DNA from: Mustelus asterias
Lineage: Eukaryota
Reading direction: 5' to 3'
DNA length: 64,000 nucleotides
NCBI RefSeq assembly: GCF_964213995.1
Contig: NW_027591018.1
Coordinates: 1 to 64,000 of the forward strand
In this document: piece by piece, positions 37,959 to 47,855 of the stretch
How positions within the stretch are numbered: the first letter of the stretch is position 1
Layout of the letters: each line of letters begins with the position of its first letter
Translations under genes and position numbers: made by a program
The notes under the pieces: model-generated
What the model saw: the letters and a program-made list of their open reading frames with translations, nothing else
Told to the model about the DNA's origin: nothing
Database searches by the model: none

Positions 37959-37995
37959 CCATCTGATGAAGGGGCAGCGCTCCGAAAGCTTATGG
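37959..37995 (+). ncRNA. Minimal hammerhead ribozyme motif (second copy), within Penelope fragment 37572-38055
   Basis: Identical to 35214-35250. Confidence 0.7.
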
Positions 37996-38374
37996 TATTT
38001 GCTACCAAATAAACCTGTTGGACTTTAACCTGGTGTTGTGAGACTTCTTATTGTGGTGAGGAATCCAGTTAACAGCCAAATTCCAGCGTGCAGAACCCGC
38101 CATCAGAGGGCGCCACATTCTCGCCTGGGCGCCAGAAACTCACGTGATATTATCACTGAACCCTGTATGGATGGTAGGTTTGTGAGGTCACAATAGACAA
38201 CCCCCCCCCACCCACCCACCCACCCACAGACACAGAAGCTCACACTGACCCACGCACACCGACACTCTCACAAACACACTCACTGCAATCAGTTGCACAG
38301 AGCCCGGGTTCCCTCTCTCCTTCTCAATCTCTGACTCACTCCGTTCCCATTCAGTGAGATAGATTCACTCAGAC

Positions 38375-38898
38375 ATGTTTCTGATCTTCCTGGCGGCGCT
38401 CTTGCACAGTAAGTACTGGGGTAACGTACATCAAGCCAGATAAATGCATTAACACACATACATGGTAATATAATTAACCATCACAAATATCGATGTGAGG
38501 GGTGAATGGGGCGGGGGGGGGGGGGGGGAGGTGGGGGCGGGCGCTGCAGAAACGATCGCAGATACAAACATTAACTCTTGATATTTCATTCCTCTACCTT
38601 CACAGGCGGACTGTGCGCGGATCCAGTCGCACAGTCATCGCTGCCAATAACCGCATCAGAAGGGGATTCAGTGCAGTTGGGTTGTGAATATACAGACAAG
38701 GATATATACAGCATGCAATGGTATCAGCAGAAACCGACACAACCCGTGACATGGATTATTACCAAAGCATTTACAGTGAAGGAAGATGAAGTTTCAGGAC
38801 GATATCTGGCGGCTTCTGACGCGTCCAAACAGAACGGTTACCTCAACATAAGCGCCCTCAGTGTGGAGGACGGGGCGGTCTATTACTGTGCAGTGAGG
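38375..38898 (+). CDS. TRAV: TCR alpha/delta V segment, apparently functional (duplicate of 35634)
   Basis: Leader 38375-38408, V exon 38606-38898; one amino-acid change (M->I in CDR1). Confidence 0.92.
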
Positions 38899-38937
38899 CA
38901 CAGCGTTAGATTAAAGCTAAAACCCCGTACAAAAACC
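38899..38937 (+). other. 23-RSS
   Basis: cacagcg + 23 nt + acaaaaacc. Confidence 0.95.
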
Positions 38938-39260
38938 TCAGCGAGTATTTACAGCTCCATTAAGTTTCCTCCTGCGCGAATGGTTTGACCCGGGTTCACG
39001 AAGACAGTCATTTCTATTTAGGGTGGAGCCGACGGGATGATTGGATATCACCTGAAGACTCTGTCAGGAATAAGCCTATTTGCAGATGGTGTTGTCTAAT
39101 ATTCTCTTAATTCTCGATCCAGTGATCTCAGCTCTTCCTCCCATTGATTCTGTAGATGTGACATCAGACTCGCCTCATCCACTGCTCTCAGCTTTATCTT
39201 GTTCGATATTCTGCAACTTTCGGAGACACAAGTCCCTGGAATCCAGGAGCAGCAGCAGCG

Positions 39261-40346
39261 ATGCGGATCTCCGTTCTCGCTGTTTTCTGGGTGACATTCA
39301 TTGTTGGTAAGATGTTTAAAACTTGAAAAAGAGTAAAAAGAAGTTTCATTTATGGAGGAATAAGTTTGAAAAGCAGGCCTTTCATGTTAAACAAGTATTA
39401 GACCTGCCTTAGAGCACAAATGAATCTTTGTTTGTGGCTTTGGTCTTTTGGAGAACAGATTCTAAAAGCGCACAGCAAAGGCGATTTAAAGAGATGGTCC
39501 CAGGGTTGGAAGATGAGAGCTGTCAGAAAGCATGATAAAAATTGTGATTACTCTCTCTCTGGACGAGAAGACAACCAGGTAATCTGACTGATTTCTGGAC
39601 AATGATGATCAAATCAATTTAAATAATAATAAATCAAATCAAAGAGATTTAGTGTGCTGGACGGAAAGAGGATGATTCCATTTGGGGAGAATTACATTTC
39701 TGTGTCCCATAAATCTAAGTGAAACAAAAAGATCAACTGGGAATTACGGAGAAACTTTTTTTGAAAGAGTTCTGTAGAAGTGACTCACATCGACACAATG
39801 AACTGTTGAGGAGAGGAGTAACGATGCATTTAAGGGCAAACCAGAGAAACCGCTGAGGTAGAAAGGGATATTTGAGATGAGGCAGGAGGGAGGATTCTCC
39901 TAGGGATTGTGAAAGGGGACAGAGATCAGTTGGAGTGAATGTGTTAGAATTTAATACATTTTTTAATGTTGCACTGATTTTTCACCCTCGCTTCAAGTGA
40001 ACTTTTAATCAATGACTTTTGTTTGTTAACCTTGTGTTCTGGATCTGAACGATGGAGATTCTGTTACTCGGCTGGAATGTTCACTCACACGGACAGAGGG
40101 AGAAGATGTCACTTTAATCTGCACCTATACCGACGATGCCTATTATTTATTCTGGTACCGTCAATATCCAGGCAGACAGCCCGAGTTTGCAGTCCGGAGA
40201 GGCAAGAACGGCGGTTTTGAATTAAAGGCGGATTTCGCTCGGACCCGGTTTTCTGATTCAGTCCAGCAGTTAGACAAGTTGTACCGATTGGCTATGTCGA
40301 TGCTGCTGCTGCCTGACACCGCGGTCTATTACTGTGCACAGAGTCT
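39261..40346 (+). pseudogene. TRAV: TCR alpha/delta V segment with open V exon but splice acceptor AG->GG
   Basis: Leader 39261-39306 (MRISVLAVFWVTFIV, gtaag); exon 40043-40346 DLNDGDSVTRLECSLTRTEGEDVTLICTY..LFWYRQYPGRQPEF..DTAVYYCAQS; preceded by ttctgg instead of ttctag; absent from the ORF track. Confidence 0.88.
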
Positions 40347-40385
40347 CACATTGATGAGAACGAGTGAAATACTCGTACAAAAACT
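40347..40385 (+). other. 23-RSS
   Basis: cacattg + 23 nt + acaaaaact. Confidence 0.92.
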
Positions 40386-42469
40386 GCGGCAGGTTTCTGG
40401 GTCACAGCTGCTGTCTGTCGAGAGGTGTTTCTCACAGCGGGTCATACACTGACACGTCAATACTTTGCTGTCAGCGCAAACCCGACCACAATTCACACAG
40501 ACACGATCTACAATCGTTCACAGATTACGCCTGATTGTTACATTCATTGTGCCAGGGAAGAATTATCTGTTGTTTATTTCGGATCACCGGGAACTCGGCA
40601 CTAACATTGAGAATACAAAATGCTGCAGGGAGCCTTGAACTAGTTGTATTCTTGTTCTGATGTTTCAAAGAACACTTGGGGCAAAGGAACCAATCATCAT
40701 TGGTTTGAAATATCAGTCGACAGTGTAAACTGATGCCCGCCTGCTGAGGCAAATCCTAATAATGACAACAGCCCGATTAAACATCTCTCAATGTTACAGT
40801 ACTGAAACAAAAATATCAACTCGGAAAGAGTTAGAAAAAGTTCGGTAGAATGTGACTTAAGTTAACACAATGAACACTTGACACGTATTGAAACTAAGAA
40901 TTCTTAACTTAAATTGGAAGGGAACCGCTAGATTGAGGTGTTCCCATGTGAATGCTGCCCTTGTCCTGCTACATGGCAGTGGCCGTGTGTTCGGATTGTG
41001 CTGCCTAAAAATCCTTGTTGAGGTGCTGCTGTATATCCGGAGGTGTTGCACTCAGCTGCCACTGTTCGTCGGTGGTGACAGGAATGGGTGTTTATTGAAT
41101 GGGTCGCAATCACGCGGACTGCCCTGTCCTGTATCTTGTCGAGCTTAATGAGTGTTGTTGGAGCGACACTGATCCAGCAAGTAGGGAGCATTCCATTTAC
41201 ACCCCTGACTTGTATCTTGTAGATGGTGGACAGGCTTTGGGGAGTCACGTGGTGAGTTACTCGCCACAGGATTCCTAACCTTTGATCTGCTCCGGTAGCC
41301 ACGATATTCATATTCTTCGGTCCAGTTCAGTTTTCGGTCAACTCCCAGGATGTTGTTGGGGGTGGGGGAGGGGAAGGGGGGGAGCAGAGGGGAGGATTCA
41401 GCGATGGTAATGCCTTTGAATATCAAGGAAAGTTCGTCAGATCCTCTTCTTTTGGAGACGGTCATAGCCTGGAACCTGTGTGACCTGAACGTTGCTTCCA
41501 CTTATCGAACCCAGGTCCACTGGAGCTGTGAAGCAGCAGTGCTAACCACTGTGCTACCGTGCTGCTCCTTCTCTGCCTATTTGTTCCAGACTGTCCTTGC
41601 CTGCTGATTTATGGAAATTGTGCACATTTCCTTTCCCACTCTTTAACGTAAACATTAAAGCTTTTTCTGTACCCTTGTACATTAATTCAGAACCTCTCCA
41701 ATCCGGCTGCTCAGCTATTCGGTCCCATTTTCCATCCACATCACTGATGAGGATTTGGCTTTGTACTGAATCACTTACTAACCCGATACTCCTGATGCAA
41801 GAATGCTGGTCCGCAGTGTGGAATGGACATTCAGCTGCCTCTCATATAGAGAGGCAAAGTTACAGAATTTCCAATTTGACATTGTTATTGAGTTCAGCTC
41901 CTTGCAGATAAATCCTAGCTGTCACCACACTGCCTATGGTAGCCCCACCCACAGTTTTCCTGTGTTGTTCGCACTCTGACCCGTCTCTCCTGTGCTGTTT
42001 TCTTGTATATTTCATTGGAGATATAGATCTTTGCTGCTTTTCCCTGTTCGGCACTGATTGGATCAGCAGTCCAATGGGGAGGCAAGCTATATTTCCATTC
42101 TGAAAGAGGATTTCACAGACTGCAAAATTACAAATTGAGAGAACATCATATGGAAATATCTCAGACCATTCATTGTTCTGTCACTTCTTATGAGGTAGAT
42201 GTTTTAACTAAAAAACCATCCTCCCCCGCACTATAGCTGGAAGTCTCGCTCTTTCCGTTCCGGGTGCAGCTGAAGTTGCCGCACACGTCACTCAATATTT
42301 TGTCTACTGCATCCCCGCCCACGACTTCCGTTTTCTGCTCTCGTGATTGGACGGATTGCTGCCGCTGCTCCATTCCTCTCATTGGTTGGATCAGCAGTGC
42401 AGTGGAACAGTGTCTTTCTGTCTCTGACAGGATTTCTCTCATTGCAGAGTTACAGACTCAGGAAGCATC

Positions 42470-42967
42470 ATGGTGAACTATCTCACTCCCATCCTCATCA
42501 TTCTCTCACTTCTCAGTAAGTATTTTCTTCCCAGTAAAACTACAAGCTCCTCCTGACTGCTGTAACCCAGATATTCTTGTTGATAAAACAATAGTGATGA
42601 TGATAATTGTATCGTTTAATCTGAGGCTAACTCTGATTGTCATATTGCTGTTGTTTCTGTTAGAATGGAGCCACCAAGACGAAGTGGAACAATTGGATCC
42701 TGTAATAAAGGTTAAAGAGGAAAATGATGTCACACTAACCTGCACTTTGAAAACAAGCTATTCCAGCCCTAATGTGTACTGGTACAGTCAGCAGCCCGGG
42801 AAAGCTCCAGTGTACATGTTTCAGCTTATTGGAGAGAATGTACAAAGGAACACCGACCTCAATGATCGATTTTCTTCCAAATTTGAGAAAAAGAACAAGA
42901 CTAGCGAGCTGACGATCAGTAACACACTGATTTCCGACAGCGCCGGGTACTTCTGTGCCATGAAGCC
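42470..42967 (+). CDS. TRAV: TCR alpha/delta V segment, apparently functional
   Basis: Leader 42470-42515 (MVNYLTPILIILSLL), V exon 42664-42967 (DEVEQ..TLTC..VYWYSQQPG..DSAGYFCAMK). Confidence 0.92.
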
Positions 42968-43007
42968 CACACTGCTGCAGAGATATAGCGATTGCCGTAC
43001 AAAAACC
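42968..43007 (+). other. RSS with 24-nt spacer
   Basis: cacactg + ctgcagagatatagcgattgccgt (24) + acaaaaacc. Confidence 0.9.
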
Positions 43008-43879
43008 CCACACTGGCAGTTCCAGTTAGTGCCCAGCAGGGTGCGCGCGCACACACGCGGGTAATTCAGTTTCCACAGAGAATGTGACGGAGATTCTTAA
43101 CATTGCAACAAAAGACAACTCTCAAAAACAGCAACTGGTGTGGTCCAGTTGCAGTTACATTAGTTAATGGTCGGAGCTTACATTTGCAATATCGATCTGA
43201 GATACTTCAACACATTTTTTTTCGTTTTCGATGCCTTTCTCTGCCTATTTGTTCCAGACTGTCCTTGCCTGCTGATTTATGGAAATTCTGCACATTTCCT
43301 TTCCCACTCTTTAACGTAAACATTAAAGCTTTTTCTGTTACCTTGTACATTAATTCAGGACCTCTCCAATCCGGCTGCTCAGCTATTCGGTCCCATTTTC
43401 AATCCACGTCACTGATGAGGATTTCGCTTTGTACTGAATCACTTACTAACCCGATACTCCTGATGCAAGAATGCTGGTCCGCAGTGTGGAATGGACATTC
43501 AGCTGCCTCTCATATAGAGAGGCAAAGTTACAGAATTTCCAATTTGACATTGTTATTGAGTTCAGCTCCTTGCAGATAAATCCTAGCTGTCACCACACTG
43601 CCTATGGTAGCCCCACCCACAGTTTTCCTGTGCTGTTCGCACTCTGACCCGTCTCTCCTGTGCTGTTTTCTTGGATATTTCATTGGAGATATTGATCTTT
43701 GCTGCTTTTCCCTGTTTGGCACTGATTGGATCAGCAGTCCAATGGGGAGACAAGCTATATTTCCATTCTGAAAGAGGATTTGACAGAATGCAAAATTACA
43801 AATTGAGAGAACATCATATGGAAATATCTCAGACCATTCATTGTTCTGTCACTTCTTATGAGGTAGATGTTTTGACTAA

Positions 43880-44692
43880 GAGATGGAATGCATCCCAGGG
43901 TACTGAAAGAAGTGGCAGAAGTAATAGAGGATGCGTTGGTTGTAATTTATCAAATTTATCAAAATACACTGGACTCTGGGGAAGTGCCGGCTGATTGGAA
44001 AACAGCTAATGTGACACCACTGTTGAAAAAAGGAGGTAGACAAAAGGCGGGTAACTACAGCCCGGGTTAGCTTAACGTCCGTAGTTGGGAAATTGCTGGA
44101 ATTCATCATTAAAGAAGAAATAGCAGGACACCTGGAAAAAAATGGTTTGATCAAGCAGACGCAGCATGGATTCATGAAGGGAAAGTCGTGTTTGACGAAT
44201 TTGCTGGATTTTTATGAAGATGTAACGAGTGCGGTTGACAGAGGGGAACCAGTGGATGTGGTGTTTTTGGATTTCAGAAGGCGTTCGATAAGGTGCCTCA
44301 CAAAAGGTTGCTGCAGAAAATTAGGGTGCACGGAGTTGGGGGTAAAGTGTTAGCGTGGATTGGGGATTGGCTATCCAACAGCAAGCAGAGAGTTGGAATA
44401 AATGGGTGCTTTTCTGGTTGGCAGTTGGTGACTAGTGGCGTGCCGCAGGGATTGGTGCTGGGGCCTCAACTATTTACCATATACATAGACGATCTGGAGG
44501 AGGGGACCGAGTGTTGGGTAACAAAGTTTGCGGATGACACAAAGATGAGTGGGAAAGTGAATTGCGTGGAGGATGCGGTAAGTCTGCAGAGAGATTTGGA
44601 TAGGCTAAGTGAGTGGGTGAGGATCTGGCAGATGGAGTATAGCGTTGGTAAGTGTGAGGTTATCCACTTTGGAAGGAATAATAGTAAAATGG
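43880..44692 (+). mobile_element. CR1 LINE RT fragment (frameshifted)
   Basis: MHPRVLKE, QHGFMKGKSCLTNL and KFADDTK motifs. Confidence 0.92.
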
Positions 44693-44892
44693 AAGCTGCA
44701 ATGCTGCCCCCTGTTGTTCACTTCTCCCAGTCTCAGCATTGCAGAGTGTTTAAACAAGAATGGCACATTCAGCACCATGGAATGAGAACATTCGGACTAA
44801 CTCTTCGTTATACAATTGTTCTGTTTGTATTAACAGTTCACAATCCAGGTCACAGATCTGATTCAGTGAGAGGAGGTGAGAGTGCCTTTGCA

Positions 44893-44931
44893 GGTTTTTG
44901 TACGGGCTCACTGTGCCTCTGTAGCAGTGTG
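44893..44931 (-). other. 23-RSS
   Basis: cacactg + 23 nt + acaaaaacc. Confidence 0.95.
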
Positions 44932-45369
44932 GGGCTCAGCGCACAGTGATACACGGCACAGTCAGAGACATGGACACCGGTGATATTTAAAAGAACCGTT
45001 TTCTTGTCCTTGTCCAAATCAGCAGAAAACCGGTCAGGGAAATCTGGAGACTTTTCTCCGCCACCCGTGCCATATCTCTTCAGTAAATATCTCGGAGCTT
45101 CCCCGGGATACTGGATGTACCAGAAGAGATTTGGAAAAGCATTTTTTGTTGTGTAATTACAATTCACTGTTACGTTCAATCCTTCCTGAACCGTTAATTC
45201 AGCCGGGTCCTGGGAAACTGAATCTTGGCCATTGATTCCTGCAACAAAATGTAGAATGTGTGAGAAATCTGTGAACAAATATAACCCATGAAACACACAC
45301 TGAGGATTTGAGCTCAGACTCACCGGGCAGCGTGGCCATTATTATCAGTAAAGCACACAGGGAACACAT
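44932..45369 (-). CDS. TRAV: TCR alpha/delta V segment, apparently functional (paralog of 27824)
   Basis: Leader 45369-45324 (MCSLCALLIIMATLP), V exon 45238-44932 (DSVSQ..NCNY..LFWYIQYPG..DCAVYHCALS). Confidence 0.94.
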
Positions 45370-45536
45370 GGTTCCTGATAGGACAGTAAGCAGCGACAAT
45401 GTTTACAATAAGTTGCTGCCTCTAGTCTTATATCACAGAGTCAACTCAGATCAGAGGCAGCTTCTATTATTAGGAAACTGGGAGGCGTTTCTCAGTGCTG
45501 CGATTGGCTCATCTCCCTGAGCTGACGTCAGCTGCG

Positions 45537-45860
45537 AATCATAAAATCCCTACAGTGCAGAAGGAGGCCATTCGCCCCATCGAGTCTGTACCGGTCACAA
45601 TCCCACCCAGGCCCCACTCCCGCAACTCCGTGTATTTACCCTGCGTATCCCCTGAGACTCGGGTCAATTTAGCATGGCCAATCAACCCAACCTGCACATC
45701 TTTGGACTGTGGGAGGAATCAGCAGCAGCCGAAGGGGACCCACGTAGACACGGGGAGAACATGCAAACTTCATACAGAAAGTGATCCGAAGCCGGAATTG
45801 AACCCGGGTCCCTGACACTGTGAGACAGCAGCGCTGACCCTTGTGGCATCATGCCGCCCC
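45537..45860 (-). mobile_element. HE1-like SINE
   Basis: Head, core and tail; inserted just upstream of the V promoter CRE. Confidence 0.88.
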
Positions 45861-46108
45861 GTAACCAGTGAAGCAATCACTGTTAGTTAATGATTTAATA
45901 TAGCTGGCTCTTTCCAATCACATTCCTTCCCTGGCCGTAAACGTATTTCTAAGTTCCTTGTTCTGTCTCTGCTCTCTCCCACATAACCAGTTATTCTGTC
46001 TCATTAACTGGTGAACTCGCTTTCCTCAGAACTCAGTCCATCAATCTTTCTGAAGGCAGATCCTTTTTTCTAATTCAGGTGAAAAGTGAAATTAATTTAA
46101 TCATTTAT

Positions 46109-46400
46109 GGGCGACACGGTGGCGCAGTGGTTAGCATTGCTGCCTCACAGCCCCAGGGACAGGGGTTCGATTCCAGCCTCGGGTCACTGTCTCTGTGGAG
46201 TTTGCACTTTCTCCCCGTGTCTGCGTGGGTTTCCTCAGGTGCTCCAGTTTCCTTCCACATTCCTAAACTGTGCAGGTTTGCTGGATTGGCCACGCAAGAT
46301 TACCTTTAGTGTCAGGGGATAGCAGGTTAAATATGTGGGTTACGGGGATAGGGCCTGGGTGGGATTGTTGTCGGGACAGGCTCGTTGAGACTAATGGCCA
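46109..46400 (+). mobile_element. HE1-like SINE
   Basis: A box tggcgcagtgg, B box ggttcgattcc. Confidence 0.88.
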
Positions 46401-46489
46401 TGACTCAACATAATTAATAGTAGTGCTGTAAGTATACCGGGGATAAGTAGTCACTCAACTCTGCACCAGGAAATATTTCACGGACTCAT

Positions 46490-46950
46490 AACATAGAAAC
46501 TAGAAGCAGGAGCCTTCTCCGCCATTAATCGTAATCATAGCTGATCATGGAGTTCAATATCCTGATCCCCCTTCCCCCTCGCCCATATCCCTCGACCCCT
46601 TTAGCCCCAAGAGCTATATCAAATTTCTTCTTGAAATCAGACAACGTTTTGGCCTCAACTACATTCGGTGGTACTGAATTCCATGCATCCAACACTCTCT
46701 GGATGAAGGAATTTCCCTTCACCTCAGTTTATCCCTTATCTTCAAAAGATGACGCCTAGTTCTGGATTCCACCATTGGGAACAGTCTCCTGAATCTACCC
46801 TGTCTAACCTTGTTCGAATTTTATAAGTTTCTATGAGATCCCCTCTCACTCTTCGAAACCCCAGTGAATATAATCCTAACGGATTTAATCTCTCCTCATA
46901 TGGCAGAGCTGCCATCCCAGGAATCAGCCTGGTAAATCTTCACTGTACCC
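46490..46950 (-). mobile_element. CR1 3' fragment
   Basis: SFIQRVLDAWNSVP..FKKKFD motif and acatagaa tail. Confidence 0.8.
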
Positions 46951-47345
46951 CTCTATTCCCCAAATAGTAAAGCTCTGATTTCAATCAGTTATTATTTCTG
47001 CTCCACGGACTTGAAAATGGGACAATTCTGAGGCTGCATTTGACAATAGATCACTTTTAAAATGTGTGGCCGGGCAGATAGGCACCGAATCCAGAATCTT
47101 TCTAAGTACAGATTAAGGAAGTTATTCACCCGGGATAATCTGCAGATTTTGTGCGGATGGGGTCGGAGAATGGTTGGATTTGATCCGGGAATAATAGGAC
47201 GGCAAATGTGACATTTCACAACACTGACAATGGCTGAGCTCAGTGGGGGGAATATTATTCAGCTGGGGCTGTATTGTGGCCTTCATTTTCTGCGCATTTT
47301 CGTTGAGATCCGACTCTTTTTCTCTGACCCTGAAACGTCTGCGTC

Positions 47346-47384
47346 ACTTTTTGTCTGAGGCCCGCGGGAGCCTCACTCACTGTG
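47346..47384 (-). other. 23-RSS
   Basis: cacagtg + 23 nt + acaaaaagt. Confidence 0.93.
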
Positions 47385-47855
47385 GGTCTCAGTGCACAGT
47401 AATACACGGCGCTGTCTCTCATCTTCAAATCTTTCATGGACAAGTGGAAAGTGCTTTGTGTCTGGTTGAGGTTCCCGCTGAAGTGTCCAAAGCCGGGAGC
47501 CGTATCGGTAAACCCATAACTATTGGCTCTGAGCAGATACTGAGGAGCTCGGTGTGGATACTGGCGATACCAGAACAGGTCATGTTGTATAGCTGAACTC
47601 GGCACAGAGTAACTGCAGGGTATTGCTGAATCTTCACCCTCTGCTGCTTCAACTCCTGGTTCTGACTGGAACACTGAGTCTCCATTACTCATCTCTGAAA
47701 ATAAACAGCGGACGCACAGCGGGTTAGGAGACAGAGGAAGACAATAGTCACACAGCGCTGGGAAAGGGAAATTGCACAAGGTTTGCAATATACTTTACAA
47801 TCTGTGACCAGAATCACTGACCTGGGATCAGTGCAATAACTAGAATCAGGAACAT
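47385..47855 (-). CDS. TRAV: TCR alpha/delta V segment, apparently functional
   Basis: Leader 47855-47822 (MFLILVIALIP, gtcagt), V exon 47694-47385 (DSVFQSE..PCSY..LFWYRQYPHRAPQYLL..DSAVYYCALR). Confidence 0.93.

Larger units (their letters stand above)
34040..39131 (+). repeat. Near-identical tandem duplication (34040-36382 and 36785-39131, offset about 2745)
   Basis: Each copy has a CR1 tail, half SINE, V fragment with RSS, Penelope element, and complete V with RSS. Confidence 0.95.
41570..43878 (+). repeat. About 635-bp direct repeats (41570-42210 and 43238-43878) flanking a V segment
   Basis: Near-identical blocks at offset 1668. Confidence 0.93.

Noticed and set aside
13705-47855. IgH V, IgNAR V or NAR-TCR identity for the V segments
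   Set aside because: No octamer promoter or adjacent D/J cluster, no WVRQ/YYCAR pattern, and CDR2 is present; CAL/CAV/CAM ends with 23-type RSS fit TCR alpha/delta. Alpha versus delta use cannot be decided from this window
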